A stretch of DNA of 64,000 nucleotides. Origin: Desulfobaccales bacterium. GTDB lineage: Bacteria; Desulfobacterota; Desulfobaccia; Desulfobaccales; 0-14-0-80-60-11. Positions 9,486 to 18,741 of the stretch are shown piece after piece (the stretch's first letter is position 1; each line of letters begins with the position of its first letter). A program made the position numbers and the translations under genes. The notes beneath the pieces are model-generated. The model saw only the letters and a list, made by a program, of their open reading frames with translations, had not been told where the DNA came from and searched no databases. Location of the stretch: the NCBI GenBank assembly GCA_052326585.1, contig JBKQLU010000005.1, positions 471 to 64,470 on the forward strand, written 5' to 3'.

Positions 9486-10793
9486 TTGTCAGCTTTTTCC
9501 AGCATCGCCAAGATTCCCGAGTTGAAGCGGCGCATCCTCTTTACCATGATGATGCTGGCCGTCTATCGGCTGGGCTGCCATATACCGACCCCGGGGATCG
9601 ACCCGCAGGCTCTGATGGCCTTCTTCGCGGCGCAGCGGGGCACCATCTTCGGGCTGTTCGACATGTTCTCCGGCGGCGCCCTGCAGAAGTTCGCGGTCTT
9701 CGCCCTGGGGATCATGCCTTACATCAGCGCCTCCATCATCATGGAACTTCTCAAGATAGTGCTGCCGTCGATAGAGAAGCTCTATAAAGAAGGGGAGGCG
9801 GGCCAGAAGAAGATCAAGCAGTACACCCGGTATGGGACGGTGGTAATCTGCGCCGTCCAGGGCCTGGGGATCGCCTGGGGCCTGGAGCAGATGACGGGCG
9901 GGGCCAGCCATCTGCCGGTGGTGCTGCATCCGGGTTGGGGCTTCCGGCTGCTGACGGTGCTGACCCTCACGGCGGGCACCACCTTCATCATGTGGTTGGG
10001 GGAAATGATCACCGAACGGGGTATCGGCAACGGCATCTCCCTGATTATCTTCGCCGGCATCGTGGCGCGGCTGCCCTCCGCCATTATCAGCACCTTCCAA
10101 CTGATCAGCGCCGGCGAGATTTACCCGATTTTCATGGTGCTGCTGGTGGTCGCCATGGTCGCGGTGGTGGGCTTCATCGTCTTTGTGGAGCGGGCCCAAC
10201 GGCGCATCCAGGTGCAGTACGCCCGGCGGGTGGTCGGCCGCCGCATGATGGGCGGCACCACCACCCACCTGCCTCTGAAGGTGAACACCTCCGGGGTCAT
10301 CCCGCCGATTTTCGCCTCGTCGCTCCTGATGTTTCCGGCCACCATCAAGAGTTTTGTTCACGTTGATTGGGTCCAACGCGCCATGGATACCGTGAGTCCC
10401 GGCGGGATGTTACACGACCTGGTCTATGTGGTGCTCATCGTCTTCTTCTGCTATTTCTACACCGCGGTGACCTTCAACCCGGTGGACGTGGCGGACAATT
10501 TGAAGAAATGGGGCGGTTATGTGCCGGGGTTGCGGCCCGGGAAACCCACCGCGGAATATATCGACCGGATTCTCACCCGCATTACCTTGGGGGGCGCGGC
10601 GTACGTCTCGGCGGTCTGCGTCTTGCCCAGTATCCTGATTCGCAAATTCAATGTGCCTTTTTATTTCGGCGGCACGGCCCTGTTGATCGTGGTGGGGGTG
10701 GCCATGGATACCATGAGCCAGATCGAATCGCATCTCCTCACCCGCCATTACGAGGGTTTCATGAAGAAACGCATGGGCCGGGTGCGGCGTTGA
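9486..10793 (+). CDS. secY: preprotein translocase subunit SecY
   Basis: 435 aa, about 10 hydrophobic helices, 'ALGIMPYISASIIMELL'. TTG start directly after rplO. Confidence 0.96.
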   Translation: MSAFSSIAKIPELKRRILFTMMMLAVYRLGCHIPTPGIDPQALMAFFAAQRGTIFGLFDMFSGGALQKFAVFALGIMPYISASIIMELLKIVLPSIEKLYKEGEAGQKKIKQYTRYGTVVICAVQGLGIAWGLEQMTGGASHLPVVLHPGWGFRLLTVLTLTAGTTFIMWLGEMITERGIGNGISLIIFAGIVARLPSAIISTFQLISAGEIYPIFMVLLVVAMVAVVGFIVFVERAQRRIQVQYARRVVGRRMMGGTTTHLPLKVNTSGVIPPIFASSLLMFPATIKSFVHVDWVQRAMDTVSPGGMLHDLVYVVLIVFFCYFYTAVTFNPVDVADNLKKWGGYVPGLRPGKPTAEYIDRILTRITLGGAAYVSAVCVLPSILIRKFNVPFYFGGTALLIVVGVAMDTMSQIESHLLTRHYEGFMKKRMGRVRR

Positions 10794-10813
10794 CCTGAGA
10801 GAAGGAGAAATCT

Positions 10814-11500
10814 ATGAATCTGATTCTATTAGGCGGTCCAGGGGCCGGAAAAGGCACCCAGGCGAAGAAACTCATCGACAGATACGGGATTCCCCAGATC
10901 TCCACCGGTGACATCCTGCGCGCCGCGGTCAAAGAAGGCACGGAAATGGGGCGGAAGGCCAAGGAATACATGGATGCCGGCAAACTGGTGCCGGATGCCG
11001 TGGTCATCGGCATCATCAAGGACCGCCTGGCCCAGCCGGACTGCAAGAAAGGCTTTATCCTGGACGGCTTCCCCCGCACCGTACCCCAGGCCGAGGCCCT
11101 GGACAAGGTGCTGGCGGGACTGGGCGCCAAGATCGACCACGTCGTCTCCATCGACGTGGACGAAGAGGCCCTGGTAACCCGGCTCACCGGCCGGCGCACC
11201 TGCAAAAACGCGGCTTGCGGCCAGATGTTCCATATCAAGTTCACTCCGCCCAAGCAGGATATGGTGTGCGACAAGTGCGGCGGTGAACTCTACCAGCGGG
11301 ATGATGACAACGAGACCACGGTGCGCTCCCGCCTGGCCACTTATAATCAGGCCACCAAGCCCCTGATCGATTACTACACCAAGGAGGGGCTGGTGCGGCC
11401 CATCAGCGGGGTGGGGAGCATCGAGGATATCTTTAACAAGATTGTCACTATTCTCGGACACCCCCGGAGCGCCGCCTTGAGCAGCTGCAAGTGCTGCTGA
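10814..11500 (+). CDS. adk: adenylate kinase (zinc-lid type)
   Basis: P-loop 'GGPGAGKGTQA' and lid 'CKNAACGQ...CDKCGGELYQRDDD'. Confidence 0.95.
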   Translation: MNLILLGGPGAGKGTQAKKLIDRYGIPQISTGDILRAAVKEGTEMGRKAKEYMDAGKLVPDAVVIGIIKDRLAQPDCKKGFILDGFPRTVPQAEALDKVLAGLGAKIDHVVSIDVDEEALVTRLTGRRTCKNAACGQMFHIKFTPPKQDMVCDKCGGELYQRDDDNETTVRSRLATYNQATKPLIDYYTKEGLVRPISGVGSIEDIFNKIVTILGHPRSAALSSCKCC

Positions 11501-11540
11501 GGGGCGCTGAAGTAACGCTTTCAGGTCTCGCCGCGGATTT

Positions 11541-12287
11541 ATGATTCTGCTGAAATCTCCCCGGGAGCTGGTCACGATGGAGGTGGCCAACCGCATCGTG
11601 GCGGAGATCCTGGCGGGGGTTCAAGAGCGGGTGCGGCCCGGGGTGGAAACCCGGGAACTGGACGAACTGGCGGAGGAGATGTGCCGCAGCCGTCAGGTGG
11701 AGCCGGCCTTCAAGGGCTACCGGGGTTATCCCAGCTCCATCTGTATCTCGATCAATGAAGAGATCGTCCATGGGATTCCGGGGGCCAGGCGCATTCAGGC
11801 AGGGGATTTGGTGAGCCTGGACTTCGGGGTGAAATACCAGGGCTATTATGGTGATGCGGCCGTGACCCTGGCCGTGGGGGAAGTGGAGCCCCGGTGCCGG
11901 GCCTTGATGGCGGCCACCGAAGAGGCCCTATACGCCGGGATCAGCCAAGCCCAGGTGGGGCAGCACCTCACGGACATCTCCCAGGCGGTGCAGGCCGTGG
12001 TGGAGGGCGCCGGCTTCGGGGTGATCCGGGAGTTCGTGGGCCACGGCATCGGCCGGGCGCTCCATGAAGACCCCCAGATCCCCAATTTTGGGCCGCCGGG
12101 ACGGGGGCCCAAGCTGCAGGCGGGTATGACCCTGGCCATCGAACCCATGACCTCGCTGGGAGGCTGGCAGGTACGCATCCTGCAAGACGGCTGGACGGCG
12201 GTGACCCAGGACGGATCTTGTGCCGCCCATTTTGAGCACACCGTGGCGGTAACCGCGGCGGGGCCCCTGATCTTGAGCCGCCTGTAG
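11541..12287 (+). CDS. map: type I methionine aminopeptidase
   Basis: 248 aa with 'INEEIVHGIP...VSLDFG...GHGIGRALHEDP...LAIEPM...FEHTV' metal ligands. Confidence 0.95.
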   Translation: MILLKSPRELVTMEVANRIVAEILAGVQERVRPGVETRELDELAEEMCRSRQVEPAFKGYRGYPSSICISINEEIVHGIPGARRIQAGDLVSLDFGVKYQGYYGDAAVTLAVGEVEPRCRALMAATEEALYAGISQAQVGQHLTDISQAVQAVVEGAGFGVIREFVGHGIGRALHEDPQIPNFGPPGRGPKLQAGMTLAIEPMTSLGGWQVRILQDGWTAVTQDGSCAAHFEHTVAVTAAGPLILSRL

Positions 12288-12369
12288 GGGCGGGGGCGAG
12301 ACCTTGATTTAGCAGGGATAATAGATTATCCTAGAGTAACTTCTTGAAATAACTATAAAGATGAGATAG

Positions 12370-12588
12370 ATGCCTAAGGAAGACGCCATCGAAGTCGAAG
12401 GGACGGTAGTCGAGCCCTTGCCCAATGCCATGTTTCGGGTGGAACTGCCCAACGGGCACAAGGTGCTGGCTCACATTTCCGGAAAGATGCGGATGCATTA
12501 CATCAAGATTCTCCCGGGGGATAAAGTCATTATGGAATTGTCGCCCTACGACTTGAGTAGGGGGCGCATCGTTTACCGGGTCAGATAG
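12370..12588 (+). CDS. infA: translation initiation factor IF-1
   Basis: 72 aa with '[24 protein letters not shown]...[16 protein letters not shown]'. Confidence 0.97.
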   Translation: MPKEDAIEVEGTVVEPLPNAMFRVELPNGHKVLAHISGKMRMHYIKILPGDKVIMELSPYDLSRGRIVYRVR

Positions 12589-12598
12589 GGGGCCAAAG

Positions 12599-12715
12599 AT
12601 GAAAGTCAGGTCGTCAGTTAAACGCATGTGCGTCAAATGCAAGATTATCCGCCGGAGAGGCGTGGTGCGGGTGATTTGCAAGGATAATCCCAAACACAAG
12701 CAGCGCCAGGGTTAA
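12599..12715 (+). CDS. rpmJ: 50S ribosomal protein L36
   Basis: Not in the ORF track (38 aa). Read from sequence as [38 protein letters not shown], between infA and rpsM. Confidence 0.93.
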   Translation: MKVRSSVKRMCVKCKIIRRRGVVRVICKDNPKHKQRQG

Positions 12716-12729
12716 CAGGAGGAGAACAA

Positions 12730-13104
12730 TTGGCCAGGATCGCAGGGATCGACCTGCCCCGGAACAAGCGGATCGAGATCGCCCTTACCTATATTTTCGG
12801 CATTGGCCGCAGTTCTGCCATCCGGGTGCTCAAAGAGGCCAAGGTGGACGGGGGCACCAAGACGGGCGATCTGACTGACGCCGAGATCAACAGCATTCGC
12901 CAGTCGATCGAGCATTCCTGTAAAGTGGAGGGCGACCTGCGCCGGGAAGTCTCGATGGACATCAAACGCCTGATGGACCTGGGATGTTACCGGGGTTTGC
13001 GGCACCGCCGCGGATTGCCGGTCCGGGGCCAGCGCACCCACACCAACGCCCGCACCCGCAAAGGCCCGCGGCGCAGTGTGGTGGGCAAACGGAAGAAGGC
13101 CTAA
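12730..13104 (+). CDS. rpsM: 30S ribosomal protein S13
   Basis: 124 aa with '[25 protein letters not shown]'. TTG start after AGGAGGAG. Confidence 0.96.
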   Translation: MARIAGIDLPRNKRIEIALTYIFGIGRSSAIRVLKEAKVDGGTKTGDLTDAEINSIRQSIEHSCKVEGDLRREVSMDIKRLMDLGCYRGLRHRRGLPVRGQRTHTNARTRKGPRRSVVGKRKKA

Positions 13105-13113
13105 GGAGGCAGG

Positions 13114-13506
13114 ATGGCCAAAGCGCAGGTTCGAACCAAGAAAAAGAAAGAGCGGAAGAATATTCCCGTGGGGGTCGCCCACATCAAGGCCACCTTCAAC
13201 AACACCCTGGTGACCATTACCGATCCCGCGGGCAATGTGATCTCCTGGTCGTCTTCCGGAGTCCAGGGTTTCAAGGGCTCCCGCAAGGGCACTCCTTTTG
13301 CCGCCCAATTGGCGGCCCAGGACGCGGCCAAGAAGGCTATGGAACATGGCATGCGCAACGTGGACGTCTATGTCAAAGGACCCGGGGCAGGCCGGGAGGC
13401 GGCTCTCCGGGCCTTGCAGGGCACTGGTCTGTCCATCAACCTGATCAGGGACGTCAGCCCCATTCCCCACAACGGCTGTCGTCCGCCGAAACGCCGCCGG
13501 GTATAA
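13114..13506 (+). CDS. rpsK: 30S ribosomal protein S11
   Basis: 130 aa with '[22 protein letters not shown]'. Confidence 0.96.
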   Translation: MAKAQVRTKKKKERKNIPVGVAHIKATFNNTLVTITDPAGNVISWSSSGVQGFKGSRKGTPFAAQLAAQDAAKKAMEHGMRNVDVYVKGPGAGREAALRALQGTGLSINLIRDVSPIPHNGCRPPKRRRV

Positions 13507-13523
13507 CGAAGAGGTGACCGAAA

Positions 13524-14150
13524 TTGGCTAGATATCTGGGACCGGTTTGCCGGCGTTGCCGCCGGGAAGGCATGCAGCTCTACCTGAAAGGAGACCGCTG
13601 TTACACGGATAAATGCGCCATCGAGCGGCGCCACTATCCGCCGGGACAGCACGGCCAGCGGCGGAGCAAGGTAACCGATTATGGCACCCAGCTCCGGGAA
13701 AAGCAAAAGGTGAGACGTATCTATGGGTTGCTGGAGAAACAATTCAGCGGTTATTTCAAGAAGGCCGAACGGCAGAAAGGGGTGACAGGGACAAACCTGT
13801 TGGTCTTTTTGGAGCGGCGCCTGGACAACGTGGTCTATCGGTTGGGTTTCGCCAACTCCCGCTCCCAAGCCCGGCAATTGGTGCGGCACAACCTGGTGCT
13901 GGTCAACGGCGCCAAGGTGAATCTGCCTTCATATCTGGTGCGCAAAGGCGATCTGGTCCAGGCCACGGAGAAGGGCCGCAACCTGCCGCTGATCCGCGAT
14001 GCCATGGAAGCGGTGGCCCGGCGCGGCTGCCCCTCCTGGCTGGAGTTCAACAAAGAAGAGGCCCAGGGCCGGGTAATCTTGTTTCCCAGCCGGGAAGATA
14101 TCACCATGCCCATTCAAGAACATCTCATTGTGGAGCTTTATTCCAAATAG
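13524..14150 (+). CDS. rpsD: 30S ribosomal protein S4
   Basis: 208 aa with '[25 protein letters not shown]' and an S4 RNA-binding domain. Confidence 0.96.
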   Translation: MARYLGPVCRRCRREGMQLYLKGDRCYTDKCAIERRHYPPGQHGQRRSKVTDYGTQLREKQKVRRIYGLLEKQFSGYFKKAERQKGVTGTNLLVFLERRLDNVVYRLGFANSRSQARQLVRHNLVLVNGAKVNLPSYLVRKGDLVQATEKGRNLPLIRDAMEAVARRGCPSWLEFNKEEAQGRVILFPSREDITMPIQEHLIVELYSK

Positions 14151-14278
14151 AGACAGGATCCCTTATGGCTCGGAGATCGACTCCCGCGTCTGAGAAGTAA
14201 GGATGGGGCTGTCAGCGGTATTTGCCGCGGCAGCCGGCGTCAGGAGTCAGGGAATCCGGGTAATCCGAACGAGGCACC

Positions 14279-15292
14279 ATGATCCACAAAAACTGGAGCG
14301 ACATCATCAAGCCCAAACGCCTGGAAGTGGATGGCGAGAGCCATCGGCGTGACTACGGCAAATTCACGGCCGAGCCCTTGGAACGCGGCTTCGGCACCAC
14401 CCTGGGAAACGCCCTGAGGCGGGTCTTGCTGTCATCCCTCAGGGGGGCGGCCATAACCGCGGTGCGCATCAAGGATGTCCATCACGAGTTTTCCGCCCTC
14501 CCCGGGGTGCGGGAGGATGTCACTGAAATCCTCCTGAATCTGAAACAGGTGCGCCTGAAGATGCTGAGCAACGGTGTCCGGATGTTGCACCTGGATGCCG
14601 CGGGTGAACGAGAGGTCAAAGCCGGCGATATTAAAACGGATGGGATGGTGGAAATTCTCAACCCCGAGCATCATATCGCCTCCCTGGCCGGGGACGGCCA
14701 ACTCAGCCTGGAAATGACGGTCAAGACCGGCAAGGGTTTTGTACCGGCGGAAGCCAATAAGGAAGAAGATCAGCCCATCGGCTACATCCCGCTGGACTCC
14801 AGCTTCTCCCCCATCCGCAAGGTGAATTACGTGGTCACCCAGGCCCGGGTAGGTCAGCGCACCGACTATGACAAGCTGACCCTGGAGGTCAACACCGACG
14901 GGAGCCTCACCCCGGAGAACGCGGTGGCCTATGCCGCTAAAATTCTCAAAGAACATCTCATCCTGTTCATTAACTTCGAGGAAGAACCCAGCGGCCTGGA
15001 GGAGAAGACCGCGGAGGAGCCTCCCGTCCTGAATGAAAACCTCTACCGCAGCGTCAATGAACTGGAGTTGTCGGTGCGAGCCGCCAATTGCCTGCGCAAC
15101 GCCAACATCCGCTTCATCGGCGAACTGGTCCAAAAGACCGAGCAGGAGATGCTCAAGACCAAGAACTTTGGCCGCAAGTCCTTGAATGAGATCAAAGAGA
15201 TCCTCCAGGAGATGGGGTTGCACCTGGGGATGAAGTTAGAAACCTTCGCGCCTCCGGATCAGATGCCGGAAAGGAAGGAAGAAGTCGCATGA
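14279..15292 (+). CDS. rpoA: DNA-directed RNA polymerase subunit alpha
   Basis: 337 aa with '[28 protein letters not shown]' and a C-terminal domain '[17 protein letters not shown]'. Confidence 0.97.
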   Translation: MIHKNWSDIIKPKRLEVDGESHRRDYGKFTAEPLERGFGTTLGNALRRVLLSSLRGAAITAVRIKDVHHEFSALPGVREDVTEILLNLKQVRLKMLSNGVRMLHLDAAGEREVKAGDIKTDGMVEILNPEHHIASLAGDGQLSLEMTVKTGKGFVPAEANKEEDQPIGYIPLDSSFSPIRKVNYVVTQARVGQRTDYDKLTLEVNTDGSLTPENAVAYAAKILKEHLILFINFEEEPSGLEEKTAEEPPVLNENLYRSVNELELSVRAANCLRNANIRFIGELVQKTEQEMLKTKNFGRKSLNEIKEILQEMGLHLGMKLETFAPPDQMPERKEEVA

Positions 15293-15696
15293 GGCACTTA
15301 AAAGCCGGCCGGCGCCTCGCCCGCACCACGGAGCATCGCCAGGCCATGCTGCGGAATCTGATCACCGCCCTGCTGGAGCAGGAGCGGGTAGAGACCACCC
15401 GGGCCAAGGCCAAAGAGACGCGGCAGTGGGCCGAGAAGGTCATTACCCTGGCCAAAAGGGGTGACCTGCACGCCCGGCGCCTGACCCAGGCGGTGGTGCG
15501 TTCCAAAAAGGTGGTGGCCAAGCTCTTCGGAGAACTGAGGGAGCGTTACCAGGACCGCCCCGGCGGCTATACCCGCATCATTTCCGTGGGGGTGCGGCTG
15601 GGCGACGCCGCCCCCATGTCCATCCTGGAGTTGGTGGACCGGCCGGAGAAGCTGCTCAAGGCCAAAACCAAGGCCAAAAAGGCCGCAACCAGCTAA
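15289..15696 (+). CDS. rplQ: 50S ribosomal protein L17
   Basis: 135 aa with '[24 protein letters not shown]'. ATGA overlap with rpoA. Confidence 0.96.
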   Translation: MRHLKAGRRLARTTEHRQAMLRNLITALLEQERVETTRAKAKETRQWAEKVITLAKRGDLHARRLTQAVVRSKKVVAKLFGELRERYQDRPGGYTRIISVGVRLGDAAPMSILELVDRPEKLLKAKTKAKKAATS

Positions 15697-15711
15697 ACTG
15701 CGTTCACCTCG

Positions 15712-15732
15712 GGGGCCAGGAGACTTGGCCCC
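15712..15732 (+). terminator. hairpin after rplQ (weak terminator candidate)
   Basis: GGGGCCA-ggagact-TGGCCCC lies 16 nt after the rplQ stop. Only a 'TT' follows, so function is uncertain. Confidence 0.3.
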
Positions 15733-15865
15733 TTATCCCTGCCGCGCCCTCCGCCCTGCCCATTTGGCGTCTTCCGCCCCGGCCGGGGCCGGAAAAAAAT
15801 GCCCCGGTATCTCCTTAATAATACAGGCTAACCCGGTTGCGGCGCCCAACCACGGGAAAAACCAT

Positions 15866-15894
15866 TTGACATCCAGGTTTGTCTATATTAAAGT
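15866..15894 (+). promoter_or_regulatory. sigma70-like promoter candidate for the NlpC/P60 gene
   Basis: TTGACA (15866-71), 17-nt spacer, TAAAGT (15889-94). Followed by the palindrome TAGGTAA-gt-TTACCTA at 15909-15924. Confidence 0.35.
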
Positions 15895-16041
15895 CGACCT
15901 AAATTAAATAGGTAAGTTTACCTAATCATGCGTGGGTAATTTTGCCTAGTAGTCAAAGGCTCTTTTAAAAGATGCCCGTATTCCGGGGCTGAAGATCCAG
16001 CTAGCCCCCTCCGGATGGTCCCATCACCAAGGAGGTTCTGG

Positions 16042-16863
16042 ATGGCAAAACGGATAATCGTCAGCACGGCAATCACCCTGGCACTAACTTTCTCTTCCAG
16101 CCTGGCCTATTCGCTACCTACGAAAACCGTCAAGAAAAAGCCGTCCTCTTGCAATACCCAGAAAGGGGATAGCGCCAAAAGCAGAACAGTCAAAAAGTCG
16201 AGTTACAGCAGGCATTCCCGGTCGGAAAGCCGCGAGGTCATGGAATCTTCCATGGTGCCGCAATCTTCCGGCGGCCGGGTCTACGAGACCCCCCCCTTGA
16301 TGAAGGTCACCCCCCAACGGGATGGCGGCTTTCTTCTCGAACCCTTAGAGCCCAAGAAAAACGGGGCTGCCCTGAGCAAGCCTTCCTCCACCCGGGAAGT
16401 GGACCGGGATCAAAGCTCCCTCCCGAAGGGGGAGCACCAATACAACCGGTTTGAGCCCTGGGATTTCTCGGATCTGATCCTGGCCCAGGCCAGGTATTAT
16501 CGGGACACCCCCTACGCCCGCGGCGGCTCACTGCAGACTGGCAATGCCACTGATTGCTCCGGGTTTGTGCAATACATTTACAAAGGTTTTAAGATCAATC
16601 TGCCCCGGTCCAGCGCCGAACAGGCCCAGGTGGGCAAGGTCGTGACCCAGGATATGGATTTCTCCAAGCTGCTTCCCGGGGATCTGCTCTTCTTCCGGCG
16701 GGGCGGCCAGGTGGGACACGCCGGTATTTACCTGGGGGGCGGCAAGATGATCCACGCCTCCAACCCTCGCAACGGGGTGACGGTCACGGATTTGCGGCAA
16801 CCGTACTATGAAGGCACCTTCGTGGTGGCCAAACGCGTCTTCGAGGTGCATTACCCCAACTAG
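16042..16863 (+). CDS. NlpC/P60 family (C40) cell-wall peptidase, secreted/lipoprotein-like
   Basis: C-terminal 'DCSGFVQYIYKG...GDLLFFRRGGQVGHAGIYLGGGKMIHAS' gives the Cys/His catalytic blocks. Signal-like N-terminus from the ATG at 16042, preceded by AAGGAGG. Confidence 0.88.
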   Translation: MAKRIIVSTAITLALTFSSSLAYSLPTKTVKKKPSSCNTQKGDSAKSRTVKKSSYSRHSRSESREVMESSMVPQSSGGRVYETPPLMKVTPQRDGGFLLEPLEPKKNGAALSKPSSTREVDRDQSSLPKGEHQYNRFEPWDFSDLILAQARYYRDTPYARGGSLQTGNATDCSGFVQYIYKGFKINLPRSSAEQAQVGKVVTQDMDFSKLLPGDLLFFRRGGQVGHAGIYLGGGKMIHASNPRNGVTVTDLRQPYYEGTFVVAKRVFEVHYPN

Positions 16864-17164
16864 TAATCCCCTCTGAGGGCCGGCTCTTCCCTGCCGGCGA
16901 CCATTGACTAGTCCAGCCCTGGATTTTCTGTCAGGAAATGGGGAGACGTGCCCTGCTGCCAGAGAGGGTACGCCAGGAGGGGCCTGGTCCCTGCACGGGA
17001 CTGGGCTTTAGCCCGGCTCCCAGGAATTATATTGCCCCGACCCAACGTTTGCGTTATTTTGTCTAGGAATAACTTTGACTAAAGGATTTGCTGGCGCTGG
17101 CGAGAGGCGCGGCCCCAGTGGTGAGAGCGCTTCCGCTCACCGGGATTATGGACCCAGGGAGGAA

Positions 17165-18136
17165 ATGGCCAAGGTGGGGGGCCCTGATTTGTGGGAGACC
17201 CGGCTCAAAGAGAAGCACCCCATGCTGCAGTACTTTACCGACCGGCCCTTCGGGGTCGAGATCGAGATTTTTGGGCTGAAATATTCCATCTCCACCGGCG
17301 ATCGCCTGGTGATTCCACCGTACCAGATCATGAACCGCTCCCAGGATGGCAGGCGGCTGCCGCAAGTTTTTCAAGACCAGGGACTGGTCCTGAACGGCTA
17401 CTCCCCCGAGGCACCGGCTTACCAGGCCTGGTCTTTCGTCCTGGACGACACCATTAAAGGGGCCGGCGCCAGCGAACTGGTGAGTCCAGTCCTTTCCGGC
17501 CTCCAGGGCCTGACCCAGGTTTACCGGGTGCTGCTTTTAATCCAGAAGTTTCCCGAGATCCTGGCCAACGAAACTTGCGGTTTCCATGTACATCACGGAG
17601 TGGAGCGGACCGTTTACGGCAATCGGGAACTCTTTCATTTGCTGCGGATCATTTCCATCTTTGAGGACTATATCTACCAGCTATTGCCGGAGGAGCGGCG
17701 GCAGGCCGAGACCTGCCGGCCCCTGGAGGTGGATCTCTGCGATTGGTACCGCCGGGAGGGCTGTGACCAGCCGATCCCCCGGGTGCGCGGCCTCTGGTAT
17801 TCACCGGAGAACCGGGATGACCTCAAGACCCCGCGGCGCCGCAAGCTCCATCCCACCCGCTACCACGGCCTCAACCTGCACTCCTACTGGTACCGGGGCA
17901 CCATCGAGTTTCGCTACTATCCTTCCGCCATCCAGGAGCCGGAAGAATTGATGCAGTGGATCATCTTCAGCCAGTTCCTGGTGGAGTGGGGCCAAGGGCG
18001 GCGGCCAGTCCTGGAGTACGTCCGGCAGCCCAATAAATGGCTCAACACCCTGTATAAGATCTATCTAGTCGCCGGGATGCTCTCCCATATCCGCTTCCCG
18101 CTGCCGGGCGGGGAGGAAGGAGAGAAGCCAGCATGA
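17165..18136 (+). CDS. Amidoligase_2-type (GS/GCS-fold) COOH-NH2 ligase
   Basis: Blocks 'FGVEIEIFG', 'ASELVSPVLSG...CGFHVHHG' and 'RYHGLNLHSYWYRGTIEFRYYPS...LMQWIIF'. Start uncertain among 17075, 17165 and 17222. Confidence 0.7.
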   Translation: MAKVGGPDLWETRLKEKHPMLQYFTDRPFGVEIEIFGLKYSISTGDRLVIPPYQIMNRSQDGRRLPQVFQDQGLVLNGYSPEAPAYQAWSFVLDDTIKGAGASELVSPVLSGLQGLTQVYRVLLLIQKFPEILANETCGFHVHHGVERTVYGNRELFHLLRIISIFEDYIYQLLPEERRQAETCRPLEVDLCDWYRREGCDQPIPRVRGLWYSPENRDDLKTPRRRKLHPTRYHGLNLHSYWYRGTIEFRYYPSAIQEPEELMQWIIFSQFLVEWGQGRRPVLEYVRQPNKWLNTLYKIYLVAGMLSHIRFPLPGGEEGEKPA

Positions 18137-18492
18137 CCAGCGGCGGCATCCAGACCCATGATTTTATCAGGCGCCTCAAGCAGGTGGAAGAAGGCAGCCT
18201 GGCACCTCTGCTCCTGGAACTGGCCCGGGAGATGGAGGCCATGATCCTGGAGATCGACAGCCCGCAACTGGAAGATATCAGGGGACTCCAGGAGAGGATG
18301 CGGCGCTTGATCGGGGACGCAAGCAGACTGCGGGCCGTTTGTGGCACCTCCGGGGAGCTTTGCGGCCAGTGCCCCTTCGGGGCCTACCTCCCTGCCGGGT
18401 TTCCTTACGCTTCGGAAAAACAGGCCTTGTGTATTCCCTGGATTGCGCTGGTGCATCCGATCCCGGAGGAAGCCCCGGCCGCGGAGGGTTAA
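18133..18492 (+). CDS. hypothetical protein, helical N-half plus C-x6-C-x2-C...C motif
   Basis: 119-aa ORF whose ATG overlaps the amidoligase stop (ATGA). No family recognised. Confidence 0.55.
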   Translation: MTSGGIQTHDFIRRLKQVEEGSLAPLLLELAREMEAMILEIDSPQLEDIRGLQERMRRLIGDASRLRAVCGTSGELCGQCPFGAYLPAGFPYASEKQALCIPWIALVHPIPEEAPAAEG

Positions 18493-18741
18493 GCGGCTTT
18501 ATGGGATCCATCTCAGCCTGATTCGGCGTCCGGCTTGGCTCAGCGGCAAGTCTGCCAGTCAGCGCCTGGTGGCAGGCCCCCTGACCATTTTTTTTGCCGG
18601 GCCGTCAGGGCTTAATTTCAATAGATTTTCTAAGAAATGCGCTAGCAATTTCGCCGGCTCATGTCCGAGGCCAGTTGCGCTCTCGATGGTTCCAGGCGCC
18701 CGGCGAGCGGCCACTAGGACGGTGGCCGGGGAGAAGGGCTG

